From assembly GCA_965203425.1 (NCBI GenBank), contig OZ241891.1:1775127-1839126 (forward strand): a DNA stretch of 64,000 nt, read 5' to 3'. The DNA is from Limisphaerales bacterium (GTDB lineage Bacteria > Verrucomicrobiota > Verrucomicrobiia > Limisphaerales > AAA164-E04). The notes below the pieces were generated by a model. It was not told where the DNA came from and ran no database searches. It saw nothing but the letters and a program-made list of their open reading frames with translations. This document shows positions 55,401 through 64,000 of this stretch, piece after piece (positions within the stretch are counted from its first letter, which is position 1; the number at the start of each line of letters is the position of its first letter). The translations under genes and the position numbers were made by a program.

Positions 55401-56876
55401 CTACAAAGACCTCTTAATTTTTTTCAGCTGCAGAAACTCCGGGCGTTTGGTGTAAAACGAATCCAACGGATAACACCCGCTCGCCAAACCATTGCGCGGC
55501 GCCGTAGTGCAATCGCTGAACGTGCGGCAAATCCGCTTGGCAACAAGTCTCCCCTTTGTAGTCGCATCCTCCAACATTTCAGGATAGCTCAACACCATCC
55601 GTCCTAGCCCTACAACATCCGCCCAGCCCTCACGAACTACATACTGCACCACATAAGGCAAAAACTCTTGCAAATAACTATACCCCGACCCAACTATAAT
55701 CATCCCATCGGAAGCCTGCTCCTTGATCAACCGCGCCACCCCAATCAGTCGAGCCACATCCACTATCGGATCATAAGCCGGTGAATAGCCGTCTGAAGGC
55801 GGATAGGCCGCCGGCCGTTGTATATGCGGATTGTAATAAGGCGATCCCGCGCTCACATTCAAAATCTTTATACCAATCTGCCGACACAACCTCACAAACT
55901 GAAAAGTCTCCCCAAGATCATAATCAACAGGGTCTTCCTGCTTTGCGGAAAAGGCATACCGATATGGAAGACAATCTTGATAATCCTCTGGAATTCCCGA
56001 CCCCAATCGTTCCAAATCCGCCCGAAACGGCACAAAGTCAAACGCGCTCAACCGCACGCCTATATCAATGCGATTCCCCGACTCTCGAATGCCTTGAACA
56101 ATCTCACGCAAAATTCGAGTTCGATTTTCAAAAGATCCACCATACTTCCCCGGCCGCGTATACGCGCTCAAAAATTCATGCAACAAATACCCATGACAAT
56201 GCTTAATATCTATAAAATCCGCACCAGCATCCGCCGCCACCTGAGCCGCTTGTACATAAGATTCAATCAAAACCCGAACCTCGTCATCAGACAAAACCTG
56301 ATCATCGCTCTCCACCTGAAACCGACGGTCCAATATCGGATGCCGATAGGCTACTCTCGGCTCCCATCGGTCTTTATTATACGGTCGACAAAACCTCCCA
56401 GAATGCGTCAACTGAAACCCAATCACCAAATCATCCACACCACCGTAATACTCGCAATGCACTTTTACCAAAGCCGCCCGCAGTTCCTCTAATGAGGATC
56501 GATTGGAAGGTAGTAAAATTAATTGATTCGGATTTGCCCGACCATCCGGTCGAACCGCCATTGCTTCTCCTCCGCAAATTAACTTGGCGCCACTCTGCCC
56601 AAACCGCCGCCAACGCCGAAACACTTCCTCCGTCGGCTTCCCATCCGCCGTGCCGTCCCAACCTTCCATCGGGTGAACTGCCCAACGATTGCCAATCCTT
56701 TTGCCGTTAATCCGCATCCAGTCAACTGGCCGCCTCAAAGGTGAATCATCTCCCGTCTCTATGCGATCATCGCAAGGAAGAACAACACCAAGACCGGCCA
56801 CGTGCTTGCAAAAACGTTCCACCGTCTTTAACAACGCTACGCGAACTAAATTAAAATCCTTCGACTTATCACTCAT
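55401..56876 (-). CDS. NADH:flavin oxidoreductase (Old Yellow Enzyme / 2,4-dienoyl-CoA-reductase-like TIM barrel)
   Basis: ...GGEAMAV...QLTHSGRF...FIDIKHCHGYLLHEFLS...RLSAFD... Confidence 0.85.
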   Translation of the reverse strand: MSDKSKDFNLVRVALLKTVERFCKHVAGLGVVLPCDDRIETGDDSPLRRPVDWMRINGKRIGNRWAVHPMEGWDGTADGKPTEEVFRRWRRFGQSGAKLICGGEAMAVRPDGRANPNQLILLPSNRSSLEELRAALVKVHCEYYGGVDDLVIGFQLTHSGRFCRPYNKDRWEPRVAYRHPILDRRFQVESDDQVLSDDEVRVLIESYVQAAQVAADAGADFIDIKHCHGYLLHEFLSAYTRPGKYGGSFENRTRILREIVQGIRESGNRIDIGVRLSAFDFVPFRADLERLGSGIPEDYQDCLPYRYAFSAKQEDPVDYDLGETFQFVRLCRQIGIKILNVSAGSPYYNPHIQRPAAYPPSDGYSPAYDPIVDVARLIGVARLIKEQASDGMIIVGSGYSYLQEFLPYVVQYVVREGWADVVGLGRMVLSYPEMLEDATTKGRLVAKRICRTFSDCTTAPRNGLASGCYPLDSFYTKRPEFLQLKKIKRSL

Positions 56877-56901
56877 CTAATAACTTTTCCCAAAATCATC
56901 T

Positions 56902-58320
56902 TCAATTGGTTTCGAACGAATTCAATACATCTTTGGACCAAACGAAAAACTCCACACTCAATCCTCGATTCACTATGCACTCCACACTTAAAGACTTCAC
57001 ACCGTCATCCAACTTCAATCCGCGAGTGTAACGCCGTTGAAAAGAAGATTCCAAAGGGTCTTTGATGTCGTTGTCGAACCAGTCGCTTGACTCAATATCT
57101 AATTCCCGTCCGTTCTGGTCAGTAGCCCGATAAAACAATTCAACGTCTTCTCCCGGATTCAACGTATCAATGATCGCAAAATGGTAATTAGACTTCCATG
57201 AATACCTCGAGTACGTAGCGTCCCAACCTGTAGTCGGACCACTTACATATTTGACATAATCGCCCACCGGCTGGGTGAGTTTATTGGCATGAAACTGCAT
57301 GCCGTTGGTGATAGTTGTAATCACCCGAGTATTCCCCGGCCCCGAAAGAAGCAAAAGCCGAAAACTGACCACATCCACTTCTATACTCTTTTTATGAGGT
57401 ATTACTTCTCCGACGCCGGGAACAGAAAGATTCTCGAAACGCCCACGTTGCCAAGCGGCAAACTCGTCACCTCTAAATTGGTAAAGTTCCATTGCCAACC
57501 GCCACACGGGTTCGTGAGGCGAAAGAAGTTCCGGTTTGCCTCCATCCGTCTTGTTTCCCGTGGGGTCCATAAATTCCCAACGCCGAAGCCGCAACGGCGT
57601 AGGCTTGCCATCCACTCTGGCAATGTCAATTTGCGGCTCTCCAGCGGAACGAAAACCACGAAGCACAATTTGCACACCGTTAACTACATTCGTCGACGGC
57701 AATACATCCGCCGTCCACTCTGGAAACGGAAACTCCTTCGGCAACGGATTCTTGATCATAATGCGGGACATCTGCAGATTCTTATCACCATAGAAAAACA
57801 AGGGAAATCGGCTCTGCCGGCGTGGGAATAAAGGTAGGTGAATTTTGGTAATCCATTCCGTTCCATCATTGCTGATTCGAATATTACCCCTGCCCCTTTG
57901 GATTCGATAAACAAAACCTTTGTCGTCCATTATCTCGCTTCGACTGGGAAATTTGTTCTGCCAATGTTTTTCTTGCGCGGTCGCTTTTGTATGTCTGAAA
58001 AAAATCACAATGCCTTCATCCTCAGAATTATAAACCGTCTCCGCCGGCGGAAGCCAACGGACGAACCTTGCCGGCAAATACCTCCGCAACAACCGATGCC
58101 ACTCCTTCCCCGTCGAATAGTTCACTCCGGCCGGCAAAGCTTCCATGTAACGCAATACCGAGCCATTATCCAGCACAACCGTGCGGTTTTGCTCTTGACG
58201 CCAGAACCAAAGTATAATTCCCCCCGCCAAGGCTACCAAAACGCTTCCTATCCAAATGCGCCTTCGCCGATACATAGATTCTGCTTCCTTGTTTTTCTCT
58301 TTTTTCAATTCAGATTCCAA
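56902..58320 (-). CDS. hypothetical N-terminally anchored protein, family member A
   Basis: 472 aa. TM IWIGSVLVALAGGIILWFW. Clear paralogy to the next gene (FPRRQ..FPL, FPEWTA..LP.TNVV.G.QVVL, RVDGKPT, F.DPTGNK, LSP.EPVW.L, VECIVNRGL..EFFV.S.DVL.S.ETN). Confidence 0.6.
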   Translation of the reverse strand: MESELKKEKNKEAESMYRRRRIWIGSVLVALAGGIILWFWRQEQNRTVVLDNGSVLRYMEALPAGVNYSTGKEWHRLLRRYLPARFVRWLPPAETVYNSEDEGIVIFFRHTKATAQEKHWQNKFPSRSEIMDDKGFVYRIQRGRGNIRISNDGTEWITKIHLPLFPRRQSRFPLFFYGDKNLQMSRIMIKNPLPKEFPFPEWTADVLPSTNVVNGVQIVLRGFRSAGEPQIDIARVDGKPTPLRLRRWEFMDPTGNKTDGGKPELLSPHEPVWRLAMELYQFRGDEFAAWQRGRFENLSVPGVGEVIPHKKSIEVDVVSFRLLLLSGPGNTRVITTITNGMQFHANKLTQPVGDYVKYVSGPTTGWDATYSRYSWKSNYHFAIIDTLNPGEDVELFYRATDQNGRELDIESSDWFDNDIKDPLESSFQRRYTRGLKLDDGVKSLSVECIVNRGLSVEFFVWSKDVLNSFETN

Positions 58321-58361
58321 CTCTTCTCCTTCCTATCTACTCAAAACATTTAAAATCAGGC

Positions 58362-60146
58362 TCAATTGGTTTCTAAAGACTCCAATACATCTTCGGACCG
58401 AACGAAAAACTCCGCAGTCAATCCTCGATTCACTATGCATTCCACATTTACGGATTGCGTCTCTTCGTCTAATTCCAAAGGAAATACCCAATTCCACTCA
58501 AAAGGCCGATGTTCGCTATAGTCTGCCAATAGCTTTCCCCCTAACGAAATACGGTCATCCGGAAACTGTTCATATCTGGTAAAATACTCATCCATCTGAA
58601 TCCAACCTCTGGGCGGAGTAGATCTGTAAAGACCGGGATAGCCTATGGGATGCCCATCTTGATCGGTAAAACGAAATAAAATTTCTACGTCTTCTACCGC
58701 TCCCGAGTTTTCTCCAATTCCATTGATTCTTACCATGTTCACGACAACGAGATGATAGTTTGATTTCCAATTTTCCCACGCTGATTCCCATGAACCAAGC
58801 CATGCCCCTTGGCCAATGGGAACTTCTCTACGAGTCTGTCCAGAGTCGGATTCGAATCCGGAATAATTAATATCTTTGAGTTCTTCGAATAGTTCTTGTT
58901 TTTTATCCTGCTTTAGTTTTTCAGCATGGATTTTCAGATTGTCGGGGTCTTTGAAGTGATTGCTTACAGTAGTGGAACCGGGACCGGAAATACATAGAAG
59001 GCGGAATCCAACGCTGTCCACTTCCATGGTTTTTTGAATCAGTTTCGCTTCGCCATCGCCGAGAACAGGAAGATTGGCAAATTTTCCTCGATGCTCGGCG
59101 GGAAACACATCATCGCGGGATCGATAAAGTTTCAATTGCAACTTCCACACCGGTTCTTGCGGCGATAGTTCGCAAGCCTCGCCTTTGTTGCCTGTGGGAT
59201 CGAAAAACTGGTGTCGAGGGGCGTAGTAATGGTTAGGGGATCGGTTTTGATAGGTTGTCGGCTTGCCGTCCACGCGGGAAACCTCAATATGAGGGATACA
59301 TCGGAATAATAAATTCCTCCTATCAGCCGGCGACCATGATCGCAGTCCTTGCTGTGGATCCATTATTTCTATAGCGTTTATCCCTTTGTAGCATTCAAAC
59401 TCATTTAGAACTACTTGAATGCCGTCGACTACGTTTGTCGCCGGCAGATCGGCCGCCGTCCATTCTGGAAACTTTGTTGTTGGGAACGGGTTCTTTGCCA
59501 TGAACGTTGCGATCAGCCGCCCGCCTTTGTTTCTTGCATGGCGATCGCCTTCGTCGGCCAGATAAAGACGGAGGGGAAACTGGCGTTGACGCCGCGGAAA
59601 GTTTGGCAGGGATAAAGGGTAAAACTCTAGCTTGCCGTCATTAGAATGCTGAATATTCGTCCTCGGGAATAGATCTTTTGGCCGATAAATAAAGCCTCCT
59701 TCTTCATCAACCGCCTCCACCCACGCAAACCGTTCATACCAACTGGAATAACGGCTAATTCCGGCAGGTTTTGGCAGGGGACGTCCTATCCTTCGAGGAA
59801 ACATTTTAGTTCCTAAATTTTCCTCCGGCATATTTTTTCGCATGAAGTAGAAGGAGGCGCCGTTGGGTGATGCCCTATGGGAACTATTTATCGTTAATGG
59901 TTTGGGAATTCCCGATTGGAGGCCGGCCGGTAGGTATTTTCGGGCTAGTCGTTGCCATAGACTTTCTTCGGTGTAAGCCGTTCTTCCGGGCGTCGCTCCC
60001 AGATAATGCAAGATTGAGTCATCCTCCAGAACCACTTCGTTTTCGCGTTCTTCTTCTCGTGTCCAAAAGAAAACGGATGCGGCTGCAGTCGTCAGAATGG
60101 TTCCGATTAAAATTTGGCGGCGCCAATGTTTCTTTTTCATGTTCAA
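58362..60146 (-). CDS. hypothetical N-terminally anchored protein, family member B
   Basis: 594 aa. TM ILIGTILTTAAASVFFW. Paralog of 56902..58320 with insertions. Confidence 0.6.
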   Translation of the reverse strand: MNMKKKHWRRQILIGTILTTAAASVFFWTREEERENEVVLEDDSILHYLGATPGRTAYTEESLWQRLARKYLPAGLQSGIPKPLTINSSHRASPNGASFYFMRKNMPEENLGTKMFPRRIGRPLPKPAGISRYSSWYERFAWVEAVDEEGGFIYRPKDLFPRTNIQHSNDGKLEFYPLSLPNFPRRQRQFPLRLYLADEGDRHARNKGGRLIATFMAKNPFPTTKFPEWTAADLPATNVVDGIQVVLNEFECYKGINAIEIMDPQQGLRSWSPADRRNLLFRCIPHIEVSRVDGKPTTYQNRSPNHYYAPRHQFFDPTGNKGEACELSPQEPVWKLQLKLYRSRDDVFPAEHRGKFANLPVLGDGEAKLIQKTMEVDSVGFRLLCISGPGSTTVSNHFKDPDNLKIHAEKLKQDKKQELFEELKDINYSGFESDSGQTRREVPIGQGAWLGSWESAWENWKSNYHLVVVNMVRINGIGENSGAVEDVEILFRFTDQDGHPIGYPGLYRSTPPRGWIQMDEYFTRYEQFPDDRISLGGKLLADYSEHRPFEWNWVFPLELDEETQSVNVECIVNRGLTAEFFVRSEDVLESLETN

Positions 60147-60281
60147 TTTCTTTCCTTGTTGGGTTTAGGTTGGGGTTTTTCCTTTGCTGCGGCAACTATA
60201 AAGATATTTGCGTTCATGTCGTTGTTGTCTCGTTTGGGAAGTTGGTTTTACCGAAGTTGTTGTTCGACAAGATTGAGGGGG

Positions 60282-60366
60282 TGGTGGCAGGAACAGGATT
60301 CGAACCTGTGAAGGCAATGCCAGCAGATTTACAGTCTGCCCCCGTTGACCGCTTGGGTATCCTGCC
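60282..60366 (-). tRNA. tRNA-Tyr (anticodon GTA), class II with a long variable arm, CCA encoded
   Basis: The reverse complement reads GGCAGGAtaCCCAAGCGGTCAACGGGGgCAGACTGTAAATCTGCtGGCATTGCCTTCACAGGTTCGAATCCTGTTCCTGCCACCA. It has a 7-bp acceptor stem, a T-arm GGTTCGAATCC and the anticodon loop CTGTAAA. Confidence 0.9.
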
Positions 60367-60393
60367 TTGTGGCCGTTTGGCGCGAACGAGGAG

Positions 60394-60422
60394 ATTAAGG
60401 CAGACATCGGCCGGGTTGTCAA
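60394..60422 (-). promoter_or_regulatory. sigma70-like promoter candidate for tRNA-Tyr
   Basis: On the minus strand: TTGACA-N17-CTTAAT. The -10 box ends 27 nt upstream of the mature tRNA 5' end. Confidence 0.35.
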
Positions 60423-60469
60423 CTCATGGAAAATTGTTTGAGTTGGAGGCCGGCGGCCGGGCGAGTGTT

Positions 60470-63400
60470 TTAGGCGTTTTCTTTTTGCGTGGACGGGCTT
60501 GGTTTTTTGCGGTTGCGCAAGGAGGCGAGGTAGGTTGCAGCGAGGGCGGCGGCAGTGATGAGGGCGATAAAGGGGATTGAGTTTGAGCGGGAGGCGGAAC
60601 GGGCTTGGATGCGGAGGGAGATTTTATTTAGGGATTCGACTTGGACGCTTTTGAGGAATTGGAGTTTTTGGCCTTGTTTGGGGAGGGTGAGGTCGAATCC
60701 TTTTGGGGCGGCGGCGGTTTCCTCTTGTTGTTGGACGAGGCGGTTGGCAAGGTTGAGGAGGGTGTTTTCGTCGGCGGGGTTTGTTTGTTTTAAGACTTCT
60801 TGGGCGGAGAGTTTTCGGTCGGATTGGGTGATTGCTCGGTTTTCGAGTGCGCCGCTTCGTTTGTTTTGTTGGACGGTGATGCCGGCCATGGCTTGGCGGG
60901 TTTTTAGGGTTTTGAGTTGGACGCGGGCGTCTTCGTTGAAGGCGTCGTCGTGGGGGGTGAGGTAGAAGGCGTTTTGGAAGGCGAATTGGGCTTGGTCTTC
61001 GTCGCCTTGTTGAAGGAGTTGGTTGCCTTGTTGGAGGAATGCTTCGGCTTCTTGGGCGCGGTGCCGTTGGCGGGCGGTTTCTTGGGAGAGGTAGTCTTCG
61101 AGTTTGGAGGAATGGGGAGGAGAAACTGCTTGGGATTCGATGAGTTGCAGGTCGCCGTCCCAGTCGGTGAGTTTCCATTGGCGGTCTAGGTAGACGGTCC
61201 AGGTTATGGAGTCTGCGGGAAGGTCGAGGTTGAGGCTTTTTAGGAGGGCGTCGAGTTTCTTGGGCGTGGATTGGGCGGGGGCGGCTTGGAAACATATTTG
61301 GACGCGGGTTTGGCCGGTGGGAAGGGGGTTTTGGCCGAGGGGGATTAGGAGTTGTTCGCTGTTTTCGAAGGCGGAGACGGTGCGTTCGTTGACGCGGGCG
61401 AACCAGAATTGGCTGTTTGGCGGGAGGGTAATTTCGAGGCTGCGCTTACTGCCGGGCAGGAGGTGAATGTCTGCTTGGGTGAGGATGCTTCCGTTTTGGG
61501 AAACGATTGTGGCGAGTTGGAAGCGGCTGACTTGGGCAGCGAGGGTCGGCGTGATTTGGCGGCGGGAAACGGCGATGGGGAGTTGGAAATCTGCTGAGAC
61601 TGCGCGGAAGCTGTGTTCTGGGGTTAGGCTGTCTGGCAAGCGGCGTCGCAGGCTGCGGGGAACGTTGTGCCAGTCGGTGCGGTAGAGTGATTCGGGGAGT
61701 GAGGGCAGAGCGATTTGGAGTCGGCCTTGGGTTCGCAAGGCGAGGAAGCTTCGTTGGAGGTTGGCGTTTTGGACGATTGCGCCCTGCAGGGGAAAGGGGG
61801 CGTCGCCTTCGGGAAGGGATTTTTGGTAAGTGAGGACGAGGTGGCAGTTGCCGATGATGCGCCGTTGCAGGCGGACGGTCCATTCGGCGCGGTCGGCGGC
61901 GTTTTGCGGCGGAGTGGAGACGGCGTCTGCAACGTGGTCGCCTTCGAAGCGGACGTTGTTGGCAGCGCTGGGGAGGGCGAGGCGGATGGAATTGACGGCT
62001 GTGTTTTTGATTCGGAAGTCCAGGAAGACGGCGACGTCGACTTTGCCTTCGGTAAAGAGCGCATCTTGCAGAGAGGAGACTTCGATCCAAGGGTCGACTT
62101 GTTCGATGCGGAAGACTAGGTTCCAGTTGCGGTTTAGCAGATCGAAGGCTTGCGCTCCGTTGGCGGAGAGGCCGCGCGTTCGCGGGTCGATGGGCGAGAC
62201 GTTGTCGCGCGTTGTTGGCTGGAGACGCACGCCTTGTTCGGGGACGATGAGTAGTTGGCCGCGCTGTCGGTCGGCTTCGCGGAGGGCGATTTTCGGCGCG
62301 GTCCAGGTTTCGCTGAGGGAAATGCCCGGACCGGAAAGCGTGACGTCGAAGCGCAAGGCGCCGAGTCGTTTTTGCTTCAAGTGAAGGGTGATGGCTTTTG
62401 CGCCGTTGTCGGAGGCTTCGGTCCAATGGCTTAATTGGTTGCCGCTGACGCTGTCGACGTTCATGCCTTCGGGCAGGGCGAATCTGAGGTGGAAGACGCC
62501 GGCTCGTGAGATTTGGGCGTCGATGGTGGTTGCCAGGAGCGTGCGGTCTTTGCCGATGGATAGTCTTTCGTTTGTCGTTACGGCGACGTGGGGTTCGACA
62601 GGTTCTGCGGAGAGAGTCAAAGCTGCGGAAGAAGGCTGGCTGTAGCGGAATGCTCGGCGAATTCCGGCGTCGGGGAATTGGTCGCGGCAGAGTTCTAAAA
62701 GGGTTGAGGGAAAGTCTTGAGGATCCATCGGCGCCAATCCGTCCGGGATGATTTCTTTGATTTGGACTTCGTTGCCGGCAGCCACTCCGATGGCGCCGAC
62801 TTGTCCGGAAACTCCTTCCACGGCGGGAAAGGAGAGCTCGGCTGTGTAGGGAAGCGGCGCGGCAATCCATTGGCTTCGGATGCGGACGAGGAAGGGTTTG
62901 GATTGGGGTTTGCCGAGGTCGATTTTCAGCAGGCCGTTTTCCGGCTCAAAACGCCATTGGGAAAGGTCTGGAGACCAAACGTCGTTAATGGCGATTTTGG
63001 CCGGCGCTAAAAGTTGGATTTGAGAAACTTCGCCTTGAGCGGGGCGGATGGCAACGTCGTGAAATCCCTCGATCAATCCGGAACTGGGAATGAGCAGCGT
63101 GATAAGTTCGGCAAAGTAGACCGGAGTTTCTTCGCTTCGGTTTCGTCGGCGGGGTTGCCATTGGATTTGGATGCCGTTGATGGGTTGGGGAATAACGGTC
63201 CAGCGGCTGTAAGATCCGTTGACGGCGGCGGGGGCAATAAGGATTGGATTCCCATATTCATCTTCGGACATGTTGTAAGAGCTGTCGCCGCCGGCGCGGG
63301 CTATGGCAATTGCCTGAGGCACGATGAGCTCCGCGTTGGGTTCGTCCAAGGCGATTTGGATGCGGTTGACGAGGCCGTGTTGCGTGGGAATCTGGAATTC

Positions 63401-64000
63401 GGACGGAGCTTCGGACGATTGTTTTACAGGAACTTGGTAGTCGAATTGAACGGTTTGCTCGCCGCCTTGCAGGGCAACCAAAATTACTTCCGGCGCTTGG
63501 GAGTCTGTTTCCGAAAGCTTGGCGCTGTCGGAGTTCAAGGAAATGCGAGTAAGGACGCCCGGAGGCCGAAGTAGCGAAATGGTTTCTCCCTCGCGAGCAT
63601 TCCACCAAATTTCGACTTGGCCGGATGCAAATCCGTCTTCAATTTGGATTTGCTGTTCCACGCGGTCGGGGATGGCGCGGGCGGACGGCAATTCGCCCGC
63701 GGACGTAGATTCACTGCTGAAGGCGGCGGGATGGCCGAGCAAGAGGAAAGCTGTTAGCGTCGCTGTTTTTGGGCCGGGGGAGGGTCTTTTGCCTGCCTGC
63801 CAGGCGGCCAACATCGACGGCAGGGCAAAGTATCGCAGCAGGAATGCAAACATTAGCAAGAGGGCGACGGGGCCGCCTTTCGGCCACGAGAACGTGGCGA
63901 AAAATATCAGGAGCCAAACGACCAGCTCCACGTAGGGTCGGTAAGGGGTTGGCATCATGATCTTAGAGTATCCGTAGATCAGCACCGCCAAAATGAGAGG
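60470..64000 (-). CDS. very large hypothetical membrane-anchored protein (N-terminal TMs, large extracytoplasmic region, TPR-like segment, C-terminal TM); the 5' end may lie outside the window
   Basis: The listed start at 63991 is a TTG and the frame stays open to base 64000. ATG-ATG at ~63958 is an alternative start. TPR-like AEAFLQQGNQLLQQGDEDQAQFAFQNAFYL. C-terminal TM IPFIALITAAALAATYLASL. Confidence 0.6.
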   Translation of the reverse strand, partial: PLILAVLIYGYSKIMMPTPYRPYVELVVWLLIFFATFSWPKGGPVALLLMFAFLLRYFALPSMLAAWQAGKRPSPGPKTATLTAFLLLGHPAAFSSESTSAGELPSARAIPDRVEQQIQIEDGFASGQVEIWWNAREGETISLLRPPGVLTRISLNSDSAKLSETDSQAPEVILVALQGGEQTVQFDYQVPVKQSSEAPSEFQIPTQHGLVNRIQIALDEPNAELIVPQAIAIARAGGDSSYNMSEDEYGNPILIAPAAVNGSYSRWTVIPQPINGIQIQWQPRRRNRSEETPVYFAELITLLIPSSGLIEGFHDVAIRPAQGEVSQIQLLAPAKIAINDVWSPDLSQWRFEPENGLLKIDLGKPQSKPFLVRIRSQWIAAPLPYTAELSFPAVEGVSGQVGAIGVAAGNEVQIKEIIPDGLAPMDPQDFPSTLLELCRDQFPDAGIRRAFRYSQPSSAALTLSAEPVEPHVAVTTNERLSIGKDRTLLATTIDAQISRAGVFHLRFALPEGMNVDSVSGNQLSHWTEASDNGAKAITLHLKQKRLGALRFDVTLSGPGISLSETWTAPKIALREADRQRGQLLIVPEQGVRLQPTTRDNVSPIDPRTRGLSANGAQAFDLLNRNWNLVFRIEQVDPWIEVSSLQDALFTEGKVDVAVFLDFRIKNTAVNSIRLALPSAANNVRFEGDHVADAVSTPPQNAADRAEWTVRLQRRIIGNCHLVLTYQKSLPEGDAPFPLQGAIVQNANLQRSFLALRTQGRLQIALPSLPESLYRTDWHNVPRSLRRRLPDSLTPEHSFRAVSADFQLPIAVSRRQITPTLAAQVSRFQLATIVSQNGSILTQADIHLLPGSKRSLEITLPPNSQFWFARVNERTVSAFENSEQLLIPLGQNPLPTGQTRVQICFQAAPAQSTPKKLDALLKSLNLDLPADSITWTVYLDRQWKLTDWDGDLQLIESQAVSPPHSSKLEDYLSQETARQRHRAQEAEAFLQQGNQLLQQGDEDQAQFAFQNAFYLTPHDDAFNEDARVQLKTLKTRQAMAGITVQQNKRSGALENRAITQSDRKLSAQEVLKQTNPADENTLLNLANRLVQQQEETAAAPKGFDLTLPKQGQKLQFLKSVQVESLNKISLRIQARSASRSNSIPFIALITAAALAATYLASLRNRKKPSPSTQKENA

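Noticed and set aside
58845-58870. tcggattcgaatccgga, resembling a tRNA T-arm or a possible att repeat of tRNA-Tyr
   Set aside because: It shares only ~9 nt with the tRNA-Tyr T-arm, shows no acceptor-stem match, and lies inside a coding region. This is probably coincidence.
60624-62870. Pro/Arg-rich ORFs (223 aa and 474 aa) in alternative minus-strand frames of the 1173-aa gene
   Set aside because: They lie in other frames of the same strand within one long uninterrupted ORF, and their extreme P/R/T composition indicates off-frame translation.
1-64000. Search for CRISPR arrays, rRNA genes, integrases and reverse transcriptases
   Set aside because: I saw no regularly spaced direct repeats, no rRNA-like stretches, and no integrase or RT (YxDD) motifs in any listed ORF.

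Overview
The 64-kb window looks like chromosomal DNA from a sulfatase-rich, PEP-CTERM-bearing bacterium. The gene content suggests the PVC superphylum (Verrucomicrobiota or Planctomycetota-like), but that is inference only.

Intact housekeeping genes: scpA-scpB-pheA, gatC-gatA, rpsA, pssA and a tRNA-Tyr.

Accessory content:
- Two N4/N6 DNA methyltransferase loci. One is paired with a putative PD-(D/E)xK nuclease. The other is fused to an Mrr-like nuclease domain and broken at a G7 tract.
- Two sulfatases.
- A hexaheme cytochrome next to an amidohydrolase.
- A decayed IS5-family element inside a patch of gene remnants.
- A roughly 15-kb minus-strand gene chain made of a 10-gene MoxR/DUF58/RDD cluster followed by an RND tripartite efflux system.
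- A TatD/EboE-like pair.
- An OYE-type flavin reductase.
- Several lineage-specific membrane protein families.

Main hunting leads:
- A compositionally distinct two-gene module at 21.9-24.1 kb, made of an NA37/NdpA-like protein plus a membrane-anchored protein of unknown family.
- The MoxR cluster, which is headed by B-box-like zinc-finger membrane proteins.
- A 16-nt poly-C tract in codons 6-11 of a PEP-CTERM surface protein gene, and the G7 tract in the methyltransferase. Both are candidate phase-variation sites.
- Three translationally coupled small coiled-coil membrane proteins.
- At least eight accessory genes carry frameshifts or in-frame TGA codons, while every housekeeping gene and every very long ORF is intact.

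All family assignments come from motif recognition by eye. No database search was run.
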